A stretch of DNA of 64,000 bases, from NCBI GenBank assembly GCA_963968165.1, contig CAXAFE010000001.1, forward strand, positions 7,763 through 71,762, written 5' to 3'. The notes below the pieces were generated by a model. The model was given only the letters and a program-made list of their open reading frames with translations. It did not search any database and was not told the origin of the DNA. Both the position numbers and the translations under genes were made by a program. The DNA comes from an uncultured Candidatus Poseidoniales archaeon. Lineage in GTDB: Archaea; Thermoplasmatota; Poseidoniia; Poseidoniales; Thalassarchaeaceae. How positions within the stretch are numbered: position 1 is the first letter of the stretch; the number at the start of each line of letters is the position of its first letter. Below, one piece after another: positions 8,729 to 18,251 of the stretch.

Positions 8729-9523
8729 TTATTCTAACCATTTTGTAAGTAATGGTAGTACTATTTTACTTCTAGTCAAAATACCCATATGCCCTCCAGG
8801 CACATATTTCAATGATACATTCGGTATCAATGAACATAGTATTTGGCAAACTTCAAACTGATGAGGAGGGGTTTCACGACTGACAGTAATAAATACTGGA
8901 CTATTTACCTTTTTCCAATATTCAGGAGGAGTTTTATCATAACATAATAATCTGACCTCAGCCAATATTTTTGGTTGTAATACTCTCCAATTATCCTTTC
9001 TAGATTCTGACATATTCTCCCAAGTTCCAGGCTCATTCCAATAATCCACAAAATCTTCTAAAAAATCTTCTACACTCAGTCCTTCAGTAAAAAAAGTTTC
9101 TACAACATTTCCAAAATCATCTTTTAAATCATCCTTTTCAGTATAATCTAAACAACCCCATGCAATTGGTTCATGCAATGCAATTTTTCTTATTTTTTTG
9201 GGATATTTAACAGCTAATTTAAGTGCTATAAAACCCCCATAAGAATGACCTAATAAATCAACAGAACCACTTTCATTAGTTAAAAGTAATTCAGCTGCTA
9301 AGTAATCAATATTTATATCTGGAGGATTTTCGTTATTCCATTTTTCAGACGGGTGATAACCGAGATAATGCAAAATAATCAATCTCCTATCTGATAATAG
9401 CTCGAAGACATCTTTCCATTGTCTAGAATCTAGACCAGTACTACAGAGTATAATAATGGAAGGTTTGTTTCCATCTCTTTCCGTATAATAGAAACTATGA
9501 CCCTCTATCTCAATATTTGGCAT
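8729..9523 (-). CDS. alpha/beta-fold hydrolase
   Basis: 264 aa with the nucleophile elbow GHSYGG, PSIIILCSTG near the N-terminus and a C-terminal GGHM segment typical of the fold. Confidence 0.7.
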   Translation of the reverse strand: MPNIEIEGHSFYYTERDGNKPSIIILCSTGLDSRQWKDVFELLSDRRLIILHYLGYHPSEKWNNENPPDINIDYLAAELLLTNESGSVDLLGHSYGGFIALKLAVKYPKKIRKIALHEPIAWGCLDYTEKDDLKDDFGNVVETFFTEGLSVEDFLEDFVDYWNEPGTWENMSESRKDNWRVLQPKILAEVRLLCYDKTPPEYWKKVNSPVFITVSRETPPHQFEVCQILCSLIPNVSLKYVPGGHMGILTRSKIVLPLLTKWLE

Positions 9524-9573
9524 ACGATTAAATTCAAAGTAGATTATTTTTTAATTATAACTAACACTAACCC

Positions 9574-10320
9574 CTAAATTATTATTTTAATAGCGGCTAT
9601 CACTAAAACCAAAGATACAATACTCCTCAAAGTTCTTTCATTTCCCATTTTAGATCCATATCTTGAACCGATATATCCTCCAAACATTACAGCGACTGCA
9701 AATGGCAGGAAGCTATTGAATTCAACTAGTTGTTGTGATAGTGCCGCACCCATCAGCCCTGATATCGAATTTAACCAAATAAAAATAGCGGATGTTGCCG
9801 CTGCATTCTTTACAGTGGCCCACTTTTTTATAACCAGAATGGGGGTCAACAAAATACCTCCACCGATGCCCACGATTCCACAAACTAAACCAATTATTGC
9901 ACCGATCAATAATGCATCTTTTAGAGGGGGCATCTTTAAGTCGGTTTCATCAACATAATCATTATCAAAGAATAACTTTATTACAGCAAAAAGCAGAAAT
10001 AAAGTCAATAGAATATCGTATATATCACCATTTATTGTCAAGTAACTACCCAAAATTGTAAATGGTATACTTGTAAAAATAAATGGAATAGTTAATTTTT
10101 TATTATGATATCCTTCTCTGTAATAATAGTAAAAAGCTAAACCTGCTACAATTAGATTTAACCCCCACGCATGTTGTTTTAACCATATATGCCCCTCTGA
10201 AGCGTATGAAGATAATGATAATACAGCCAAATACCCGGATGCACCACCATGGCCAACAGAAGAATAAATTATTGCCATGAAGAATAATGCAAATACAATA
10301 TACATCAAACCTGTATCCAT
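9574..10320 (-). CDS. TauE/SafE (TSUP, DUF81) family anion permease
   Basis: 248 aa with about 8 TM helices. It has the internal duplication and the family hallmarks SSVGHGGASGY and GIVGIGGGILLTPIL. Confidence 0.8.
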   Translation of the reverse strand: MDTGLMYIVFALFFMAIIYSSVGHGGASGYLAVLSLSSYASEGHIWLKQHAWGLNLIVAGLAFYYYYREGYHNKKLTIPFIFTSIPFTILGSYLTINGDIYDILLTLFLLFAVIKLFFDNDYVDETDLKMPPLKDALLIGAIIGLVCGIVGIGGGILLTPILVIKKWATVKNAAATSAIFIWLNSISGLMGAALSQQLVEFNSFLPFAVAVMFGGYIGSRYGSKMGNERTLRSIVSLVLVIAAIKIII

Positions 10321-10370
10321 ACTAATTCCTAAAGCAAGAGAACTTTAACAACTTCCTCTTCTCATTAACT

Positions 10371-11579
10371 ATGGAAAAGAACGTCTCTGTGGAAAGAGCA
10401 ATTGAAATTTTATGCCAAAATCCGATAAAAAAATCAATAGAAACTGTTACATTAGATAAATCAGTAGGCAGAATCCTTGGTAGTAATCTAATTTCTAAAG
10501 TAAATAATCCGCGTTTTGATAATTCCTCTATGGATGGCTGGGCAGTCAATTCTGAAGATTGTAAAAGCTTAGGAATAAAATTAAAAATAGTAGGCCTGAG
10601 TCAAGCTGGAGCCAAAAATAATATTTCAATAAATAGGGGGGAAGCATGCAAAATAATGACAGGTGCTGCAATGCCAACCGGTGCGGATGCAATTGTGATG
10701 ATCGAAGACACTTCAGTAACTGACGGAATGGTAACTATCAATGGTAGAGCGAAAAAAGAATTTATTAGGAAAACTGGTGAAGATATAAAAAAAGATGAGT
10801 TATTAATTCGTAGTGGAACACTAATGACTTCTTCGGTTATTTCATTATCTGCAACAATGGGACATGATTTTATACAAGTAGTTGGAAAGCCAAAAATTGC
10901 CATAATTAGTAATGGTGATGAATTAATTAAACCAGGCATCGAATTAATGGATGGACAAATATATGAATCCAATTCTTATGGAATTTCTGCATTAGTAAAA
11001 AAAATGGGTGGTGAGCCATTAAGATTTGATGTTGTTCAAGATTCTATCGAAGGATTGCGGACAGCATTGGATTTAGCAGGGAAAGATTGTGATGCAATAA
11101 TAACCAGTGGCGGGGTTAGTATGGGAGATTACGATTTAGTACGTAAAATTATGGAAGATGAGGGAGAAATTAAATTTTGGAAAGTTTTAATGAGACCAGG
11201 AGGACCTCCTTTATTTGGAAAATGGAAAAATACCCCTCTGTTTGGTTTACCAGGAAATCCTGTAAGTAGTCATGTAGTGTTTACAATGCTTGTTGAAGCT
11301 TGGATGGTATGTTCTTTAGGAATGGATAGTGAATATGGTCCCAAAACTGCAGATAGAGTGAGCGTACTCCTCAAAGATCATTTGAAGGGTGCACCCAACA
11401 AAATATGTCTCAGGAGAATTAGAATAACAAATGAAGGTGGCAGATTAGTTGGTAGAACACATACACATCAAGGAAGTGGCAACATTCATAGCATGGTTTC
11501 CCATAATGGCCTAAGCCTCCTTCCCCCAAGTAAAGAGGGTAAAGAGGGAGATATAATTGATGCCCTATGGTTTAGATAG
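10371..11579 (+). CDS. moeA: molybdopterin molybdenumtransferase MoeA
   Basis: 402 aa. Matches include FDNSSMDGWAV, GEACKIMTGAAMPTGADAIVMIEDT, TSGGVSMGDYD and GLPGNPVSS, the MoeA/gephyrin E-domain pattern. Confidence 0.85.
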   Translation: MEKNVSVERAIEILCQNPIKKSIETVTLDKSVGRILGSNLISKVNNPRFDNSSMDGWAVNSEDCKSLGIKLKIVGLSQAGAKNNISINRGEACKIMTGAAMPTGADAIVMIEDTSVTDGMVTINGRAKKEFIRKTGEDIKKDELLIRSGTLMTSSVISLSATMGHDFIQVVGKPKIAIISNGDELIKPGIELMDGQIYESNSYGISALVKKMGGEPLRFDVVQDSIEGLRTALDLAGKDCDAIITSGGVSMGDYDLVRKIMEDEGEIKFWKVLMRPGGPPLFGKWKNTPLFGLPGNPVSSHVVFTMLVEAWMVCSLGMDSEYGPKTADRVSVLLKDHLKGAPNKICLRRIRITNEGGRLVGRTHTHQGSGNIHSMVSHNGLSLLPPSKEGKEGDIIDALWFR

Positions 11580-11659
11580 ATATTCTTTTTGTACTAAATA
11601 AATAACCATGAATTCAAGTCTAATTGATTGTGCCATAAGCATGAAGGGAGAATTTTAAG

Positions 11660-14638
11660 GTGCCATCCAAAAAAACAATTCCTAACAAAAATGGTTGGAT
11701 AGAAGTCCGTGGTGCCCGAACTCATAATTTAAAAGATATCGATGTGAGCATCCCAAGGGGCAAGTTTGTAGTACTCTCAGGAGTATCAGGATCGGGCAAA
11801 TCATCATTGGCATTCGACACTCTTTATGCAGAAGGTCAAAGAAGATATGTAGAAAGCCTAAGCTCCTATGCTAGACAATTTCTAGGCCAAATGAAAAAGC
11901 CTGACTGCGACTCAATCGAAGGATTATCTCCTGCTATAAGCATTGATCAAAAACAAGGTAGCCACAATCCTAGATCAACAGTAGCTACAGTAACGGAGAT
12001 GATGGATTATATGAGGCTCTTGTGGGCAAGAGTAGGATTACCGCACTGTCCGGAATGTGGTAATGAAGTCACACGACGTACCATTCAAGAAATTGTTGAT
12101 GATGTAATGTGGAGATTCGAGGCTCATGCACTAATAGTTTGGAGTCCTGCAATTCGTAATAGAAAAGGTACACACTCCGATCTTTTTAAGGCACTTGTAG
12201 AACAGGGATATTTGGAAGGTCGTGTCAACGGCAGGGAGACAAGTTTTGAAAAACCCCCAATATTGGAAAAGAATCTAAGGCATGATATAGATGTCAGAAT
12301 AGATCGACTTAAACTTTCCAGGGAAAATCGTCAGAGATTAACAGAAGCCATAGATGCCGGCTTGAGGCTAGGCGGAGGAACCGTAGCAATAGAAAGTGTA
12401 AAAAAACCCAAAATAACAAAAAAAGATAATCCGGAAGATAAAAAATATAAAACAAAAGAGGGCGAACATATTGCGTATTCTGAAGAATTTGCTTGCCCCC
12501 TACACGGAGCTTTCCTTCCTGAAATGAGTCCTAGAGTATTTTCCTTCAATAATCCACTGGGAGCATGCCCTTCTTGCCAAGGACTAGGAGTCCAAAGAAC
12601 ATTCTCTGCAGATTTAATAATTGATAAATTTAATACAATTAAAGAAGGATGTATAATACCTTTCCGAAGATCCATGATGTCCGGATGGTATAGAAAACAA
12701 ATGATTCAAACTTGCAAACATTATAATATTCCAATTAATATTCCTTTCAAGGATTTAGATGAGGATAGTCAAGATATTTTACTTCATGGCTCAGGGAGTA
12801 CCTCAATAAATTTTGAATTTAATTCAGATGGAGGATCAAGTTATAAAATGGCTAAACCATGGGAGGGAGTGTTTTCAAGACTTAATAGAACGTATACTGA
12901 TACCAGTTCGGATCGCACTCGTAATCGTTTAACCTCCTACATGACTGACGAACCATGTCTTGATTGTCGTGGTAAGAAGTTAAACCCAGCCGTAAGTAAA
13001 GTCATTGTTGGAAATATATCGTTACCAGACATATCTTCTTGTAGTGTTTTGGAAGCATTAGCCGTAGTTCAACATTGGAGATTAGGGAAAATTGATGATA
13101 CTTGGATTAAATTGGGTCGGGATAAACCTAATTCTGATGTAGTGAACAACACTTCAAAATTGGATGATAGAGCTATCTTCATCGGGCAAGATATTATTAA
13201 AGAAATTGAATCAAGGTTAAGATTTTTAGCATTAGTTGGTTTAGATTATCTAACTTTGGATAGGCGTGCCAATACTCTGTCAGGAGGAGAATCCCAAAGG
13301 ATTAGGCTCGCAACACAAATTGGAACGCGACTCACAGGAGTTATGTATGTACTCGATGAACCAAGTATAGGACTGCATCCCAGGGATAATGGCCGATTAC
13401 TGGAAACATTAAGGGAATTAACCACGCTAGGTAACACATTACTCGTGGTTGAACACGATGAAGCAACTTTACGGCAAGCCGATTGGATTGTCGATATCGG
13501 CCCTGGAGCAGGTAAAGAAGGAGGAGAAATACTAGTCAGTGGCTCATTCAATGAATTATTAAAAAGTAAAAAAAGTATGACAGGGGCATATCTATCGGGA
13601 CGGATGTCAATTCCAATACCTAAAGATAGACAAAAACCACAAGACAATTATTGGCTAAATATAAAATCAGCCAAACAAAATAATTTACAAAGTATCGATG
13701 TGAAAATTCCATTGGGATGTATGGTAGCGTTTACCGGTGTTTCAGGCTCTGGAAAATCATCTCTAGTTACTTCTACCTTAGCTCCTGAATTACTTCGCCA
13801 ATTACATGGTTCAGATGATACACCCGGCCACCATGATGGAATCACCGGAATCGAGCATGTAGATAAGGCGATAGTCATAAATCAATCTCCAATTGGTCGT
13901 ACACCTAGATCTAATCCTGCCACATATACAGGTCTTTTTGGCCCCATTAGAGAACTTTTTGCACAAACGACAATTTCTAAACAAAGAGGTTACATGCCGG
14001 GGCAATTTTCTTTCAACGTTAAAGGAGGTAGATGCGAAGCATGCAGAGGAGCTGGATCTTCAAAATTAGAAATGAACTTCTTACCTGATGTTTGGGTAAC
14101 ATGTGAGATATGTAAAGGACAAAGATACACTAGAGAAACACTTGAAGTTACATGGAAGGGTAAAACAATACATGAAGTCTTAGAAATGAATGTAGATGAG
14201 GCATGTAACTTTTTTGAAAATCAAAAATTAATTTATAGAATACTATCTACTCTACAGGATGTAGGGTTGGGATATATACGACTCGGGCAACCTGCCACTA
14301 CTTTGTCGGGAGGAGAAGCTCAAAGAGTTAAACTAGCTACTGAGTTACACAGACCAGCAAGAAAACATACAGTATACATACTGGATGAACCAACTACTGG
14401 CCTCGCATTATCTGATGTTCACCAATTAATAGAAGTTCTACTTAGATTACGTAGATTTGGACATACAGTAATAGTAATTGAACACCATTTAGATGTAGTG
14501 AAATGTGCTGATTGGGTCATTGATTTAGGCCCAGAAGGAGGAGAAAGAGGAGGATTTATTGTAGCGGAAGGAACACCACAAGATATTGCAAATAATAAAA
14601 AAAGCTATACTGGAAAACATCTCTTAGAATTAATGTGA
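11660..14638 (+). CDS. uvrA: excinuclease ABC subunit UvrA
   Basis: 992 aa with a GTG start. It has GVSGSGKSSLAFDTLYAEGQRRYVESLSSYARQFLG, two ABC modules (LSGGESQRIRLA, LSGGEAQRVKLA) and zinc modules CPECG...C, CPSCQGLG and CEACRGAG...CEICKG. Confidence 0.97.
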   Translation: MPSKKTIPNKNGWIEVRGARTHNLKDIDVSIPRGKFVVLSGVSGSGKSSLAFDTLYAEGQRRYVESLSSYARQFLGQMKKPDCDSIEGLSPAISIDQKQGSHNPRSTVATVTEMMDYMRLLWARVGLPHCPECGNEVTRRTIQEIVDDVMWRFEAHALIVWSPAIRNRKGTHSDLFKALVEQGYLEGRVNGRETSFEKPPILEKNLRHDIDVRIDRLKLSRENRQRLTEAIDAGLRLGGGTVAIESVKKPKITKKDNPEDKKYKTKEGEHIAYSEEFACPLHGAFLPEMSPRVFSFNNPLGACPSCQGLGVQRTFSADLIIDKFNTIKEGCIIPFRRSMMSGWYRKQMIQTCKHYNIPINIPFKDLDEDSQDILLHGSGSTSINFEFNSDGGSSYKMAKPWEGVFSRLNRTYTDTSSDRTRNRLTSYMTDEPCLDCRGKKLNPAVSKVIVGNISLPDISSCSVLEALAVVQHWRLGKIDDTWIKLGRDKPNSDVVNNTSKLDDRAIFIGQDIIKEIESRLRFLALVGLDYLTLDRRANTLSGGESQRIRLATQIGTRLTGVMYVLDEPSIGLHPRDNGRLLETLRELTTLGNTLLVVEHDEATLRQADWIVDIGPGAGKEGGEILVSGSFNELLKSKKSMTGAYLSGRMSIPIPKDRQKPQDNYWLNIKSAKQNNLQSIDVKIPLGCMVAFTGVSGSGKSSLVTSTLAPELLRQLHGSDDTPGHHDGITGIEHVDKAIVINQSPIGRTPRSNPATYTGLFGPIRELFAQTTISKQRGYMPGQFSFNVKGGRCEACRGAGSSKLEMNFLPDVWVTCEICKGQRYTRETLEVTWKGKTIHEVLEMNVDEACNFFENQKLIYRILSTLQDVGLGYIRLGQPATTLSGGEAQRVKLATELHRPARKHTVYILDEPTTGLALSDVHQLIEVLLRLRRFGHTVIVIEHHLDVVKCADWVIDLGPEGGERGGFIVAEGTPQDIANNKKSYTGKHLLELM

Positions 14639-14641
14639 AAA

Positions 14642-14718
14642 TGGCGGGCGATCCAGGATTTGAACCCGGGTTCTCGGCTTAGGAGGCCAAGGTGATATCC
14701 AGACTACACTAATCGCCC
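14642..14718 (-). tRNA. tRNA-Arg (anticodon CCT), 3' CCA genomically encoded
   Basis: The reverse complement reads GGGCGAT-TA-GTGTAGTCTGGATATCAC-C-TTGGC-CTCCTAA-GCCGA-GAAC-CCGGG-TTCAAAT-CCTGG-ATCGCCC-G-CCA. It has a 7-bp acceptor stem, a 5-bp anticodon stem with one G-U pair, and a T-arm with a TTCAAAT loop. The anticodon CCT was folded by hand. Confidence 0.9.
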
Positions 14719-14732
14719 ATCCTCGGCATACG

Positions 14733-16289
14733 ATGTGCTTCAAGAAATGTATCCTTCTAAAAATATCCTTTTTTTCAATAAAACGCCGATGCCATCAAGC
14801 ATCAAACATCATTCGCAGGGCTGTGAACAAACCTCCAGAACTACCTACACCTTATGGGATTGGTAGTACTTATGGTTCAGGAAATAAAAATTCTCTTCAC
14901 AGAAGAGTGGAGGCCAGAGATACAGGAAGAAAGTTTTGGACAAAAATAGCATCAAATAATATCTTACAAAAAATCCGAATAGTATTGGCATTATTTACAC
15001 CAATTTATTTAATATTGAGCTATTTTAATATACAATATACTAGTATAAAAATTTGTATTCTACTATTTTTAATTTTATCAGTATTACTTATACCCAGTTT
15101 TTTTGCCATAATTTTTGCTCAAATGTCAGCTAGAGATAGGCTGCAGTTAAAAACAGCCGATGATAAGAAATCAGTGAGTTCAATCCCAGGCACAGAACGA
15201 ATTCTTAATACATTAAGAGAAAGAAGAGTTTTAGAAACAACGCGGTTATCTGCGGCCATCCTTGGAGCTATTTTACTGTATTTCATAACTTCATTTCAAA
15301 CAGATGCAATTTTGGGCTCTATTATAATAGGATCAGCAATAGTATTAGGAATTTTTTGCCTTTTACTATCTTTTTCATTAGATTCAGGTGAAATACCTAT
15401 GAGAGATAATCAATTCCCACTTCTATCTCTTCATGCACCAACATTACATCATAGCGCATTAGAAAAAGTAATATCAGAAATATTAATTGCTCATCTAGAT
15501 CCAGAAACAGCAACATATTTTGAGGAATGGATCAAGTCACTGCAAAACAAAGTAAGAAGACATACGAACCCAGAAGAAGCTGTAGAATACCTGCTGAGGA
15601 TATTACATTTAAACTCATTAAATCTCTTAGATGAAGAAAGAATGTTCAGAGAAATAAAAAGAGTTTTCAAAGTAGCCGCGGTTGATGATCTCAAATCTGA
15701 TTCAAAATTTAATCTTGAATCTTTACAGATTTTATTACAACATACAAAAAGTTGGCAACCATCATTTTTCAGAGTAATAGATAGGTTGGTTGGAGATGTA
15801 CAAAGAGGACATAGCTCAATCATTGAAGATAAATGGAGAATGGATCTAGAAATTCCACCTGTAGCATCAGATGGGCAAACAGATGTAATAGTAATGGTTC
15901 ACAATTTTTCTGGAAGAAAACAAACAATAGAGATTGAAATAATATCTGCCGAAGGAGAACCAGCATCTCAAATAATAAGGCTACAATCACCATCTTCCAA
16001 ACGTCTAAAAAATGCAGTAGCACTAGGAAAAGAAGGTGAAGATATTGTTAATGCTTTAACAGAAAAATTAGATTCATGTGTAACTCTATGGGTCGGTCTA
16101 GCATGGCCAAATACGGTTTCCGGTAGTAGGCCAGTACAAATAAATCTAAATCTAGCCTCGGGCGAAACACTTTCCAGTACCGTTTTGCATACATCTATTT
16201 CTGTAGGAGCAAATGCGGAAAGTGCTGGTTATAAAATGATTGATGCTGCAGCATCAGTAAGAAAATTAGCACTTAGCTTCGCTGAGTAA
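14733..16289 (+). CDS. hypothetical membrane protein (about 4 TM helices, large C-terminal soluble region); start uncertain
   Basis: 518-aa ORF. TM segments include IVLALFTPIYLILSYF, ICILLFLILSVLLIPSFFAIIF, AAILGAILLYFITSF and IIGSAIVLGIFCLLLSF. The first approximately 30 codons overlap the expected promoter of the adjacent tRNA. In-frame GTGs at 14823 and 14907 are alternative starts. Confidence 0.5.
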   Translation: MCFKKCILLKISFFSIKRRCHQASNIIRRAVNKPPELPTPYGIGSTYGSGNKNSLHRRVEARDTGRKFWTKIASNNILQKIRIVLALFTPIYLILSYFNIQYTSIKICILLFLILSVLLIPSFFAIIFAQMSARDRLQLKTADDKKSVSSIPGTERILNTLRERRVLETTRLSAAILGAILLYFITSFQTDAILGSIIIGSAIVLGIFCLLLSFSLDSGEIPMRDNQFPLLSLHAPTLHHSALEKVISEILIAHLDPETATYFEEWIKSLQNKVRRHTNPEEAVEYLLRILHLNSLNLLDEERMFREIKRVFKVAAVDDLKSDSKFNLESLQILLQHTKSWQPSFFRVIDRLVGDVQRGHSSIIEDKWRMDLEIPPVASDGQTDVIVMVHNFSGRKQTIEIEIISAEGEPASQIIRLQSPSSKRLKNAVALGKEGEDIVNALTEKLDSCVTLWVGLAWPNTVSGSRPVQINLNLASGETLSSTVLHTSISVGANAESAGYKMIDAAASVRKLALSFAE

Positions 16290-16353
16290 TTTTATTTATT
16301 CCAGAACGCTTACAAGCGTCACGTTCATGACATTATTGTGTTTGGGATGAGCC

Positions 16354-17781
16354 ATGGAGTCTTGGGAAGTAGTAGTAATCGGAGCCGGCCCGGCTGCTCT
16401 CCGTGCTGCGATCGCATCATCGGATTGTGGAGTATCAACCCTATTAGTCGACAGTGCGGGCATAGGCTCTAGACAAGGACAATCATCATTATCAGGAATA
16501 GCATCAAGCATCAATGAAATTAATTCTGTTTCTCACAGGGAAGATACAATAGTAGCAGGTGGAGAAAACATCGATAAAATAGTCGCTGCACAAATTTGTG
16601 GAGAATCAGTGCCCATAGTGTCAGAATTAGAGAGATGGGGATTGGTTTTTCGCAGAGATCAAGAGGGATTACCACATACTACTAAAATTCCGGGCCATTC
16701 AAAACCAAGATTATCCGGATGTGGCGACTCTTCGGTTAGAGAAATAACTCGTATTTTAGAGGAACAGGCCATTAAACGTAAAATTACTAGAAGATATGAT
16801 AATTTAGCAGTATCATTAATCAACGACAATAAACAAATAAGGGGAGTAGTAGTTTTAGATATTTTAACTGGACAAATAAATGTTATACAAGCAAAAACTG
16901 TTATTCTTGCTACAGAAGGCTATGAAGGAATGTTTTCTAATCCATCTGAAGGTGCAGGAACCGGTCTAGCATTAGCTGCAAGAGCTGGAATATCGCTAAA
17001 AGGAATCTTTAATTTCCCGAAACATCCACTTACAATTAAAGGAACTAATATTCATTTACCGATAGAACTACTTGGCGAAGGTGGAAGAATAAGAAAGGCC
17101 AATGGGGATGAAGCAATTTACTCAGATGTAGATGTAGAAAACTGTGTTTTAGATATTAGAGAAATAAATAATGAATCCAAACTCTGGTTCTCAAATATAC
17201 TAGATACAATCAAAGATAGAACAGGTTTAAACTATGAAATAGATGTAATACCCGTCTCTAGTAGTATAATAACTACCGGGGGGATACCCGTTGATCATAA
17301 ATCCAGAGTGACTCTAGAAAAGGGTAAAATGTGGTTTACGGGGTTGTACGCGGCAGGTAGATCTGCGAATACAGGAATGCATGGTGATGGATTATTACAT
17401 GGTAATATTTTGTTAGAAGACTTATTTACAGGGAAGCAAGCCGGTATAGAGGCAGGAAAATGGTCTTCTAAACAAGAATTTGCTAACTCAAGCCTAATAC
17501 AAACGGAACAAAATAATTTAATTGAAGAAATAAAATCACTTTATACGAATGATGGCAATCCAGTAGGTCACGTAACTTCCACCATAAATATACTCGCTAA
17601 TAATCTGCAAGAAAGTGGGAGCGAGAATACAATAAGATCAATGACCGAAAAAATTTCTGAGATTAGTAAATTTGGAATAAAATTAAATGATAAATCAAAA
17701 GTCATGAATACTGAACTTCTTACAGCAATGCAAGTTTTGGGTTTCATATCGATACTTAATATTGCGTTAGTCGATGATTAA
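16354..17781 (+). CDS. FAD-dependent oxidoreductase of the SdhA/FrdA/NadB (L-aspartate oxidase-like) family, divergent
   Basis: It has an N-terminal Rossmann motif VVVIGAGPAALRAA, then SHREDTIVAG, VILATEGY and GLYAAGRSANTGMHGDGLLHGNILLE, which resembles GLYAAGE....G.HGANRL..NSLLE. The 475-aa length fits archaeal NadB, but key residues differ. Confidence 0.6.
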   Translation: MESWEVVVIGAGPAALRAAIASSDCGVSTLLVDSAGIGSRQGQSSLSGIASSINEINSVSHREDTIVAGGENIDKIVAAQICGESVPIVSELERWGLVFRRDQEGLPHTTKIPGHSKPRLSGCGDSSVREITRILEEQAIKRKITRRYDNLAVSLINDNKQIRGVVVLDILTGQINVIQAKTVILATEGYEGMFSNPSEGAGTGLALAARAGISLKGIFNFPKHPLTIKGTNIHLPIELLGEGGRIRKANGDEAIYSDVDVENCVLDIREINNESKLWFSNILDTIKDRTGLNYEIDVIPVSSSIITTGGIPVDHKSRVTLEKGKMWFTGLYAAGRSANTGMHGDGLLHGNILLEDLFTGKQAGIEAGKWSSKQEFANSSLIQTEQNNLIEEIKSLYTNDGNPVGHVTSTINILANNLQESGSENTIRSMTEKISEISKFGIKLNDKSKVMNTELLTAMQVLGFISILNIALVDD

Positions 17782-17792
17782 GGTGAGAGAGT

Positions 17793-18215
17793 TTGGTGGA
17801 CGAAACTATCTTTTCTCTAATATTAGATGGTAAACTACCTTGCTATAAAATATATGAAGATGAATTCGTTTTAGCCTTTTTAGATATTAATCCATTTAGT
17901 CAGGGGCACACTCTGGTTATACCAAAAGAGAGAGTAGATACTTTAGATAAATTATCTGAAGAAACAGGCGCTGCAATTGGTCGAGTATTACCAAGAATCT
18001 CAAAGGCAATAATTCAAACTGTAGGCACTAATGAATTTAATATAATTCAAAACAACGGAATTAATGCATTTCAAACAGTTTTTCATGTACATTTCCATAT
18101 TATTCCTAAGTTCGAAGACGGCACCGGTTTACAATATCCATTTATATCAAGTCCAATTAATCATGATGAAGCAGTGTCTTTAGCAAACAAATTATCAAAT
18201 CTACTTTCCAATTAA
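17793..18215 (+). CDS. HIT-family nucleotide hydrolase/transferase
   Basis: It has the histidine triad HVHFHIIP plus the N-terminal IFSLILDGKLPCYKIYEDEFVLAFLDINP. The start is TTG with AGGTGAG upstream. Confidence 0.85.
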   Translation: MVDETIFSLILDGKLPCYKIYEDEFVLAFLDINPFSQGHTLVIPKERVDTLDKLSEETGAAIGRVLPRISKAIIQTVGTNEFNIIQNNGINAFQTVFHVHFHIIPKFEDGTGLQYPFISSPINHDEAVSLANKLSNLLSN

Positions 18216-18251
18216 CATCATAGTCTAAACCTGAATCCTCCTGAGAGTACT

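Noticed and set aside
14642-16289. Integrated mobile element at the tRNA-Arg gene.
   Set aside because: No integrase, excisionase or phage-like genes flank the tRNA. I did not spot a direct repeat of the tRNA 3' half nearby.
16296-16514. A 72-aa minus-strand ORF overlapping the start of the flavoprotein gene.
   Set aside because: It is antisense to the conserved FAD-binding GAGPAAL region and its composition simply mirrors that GC-rich motif.
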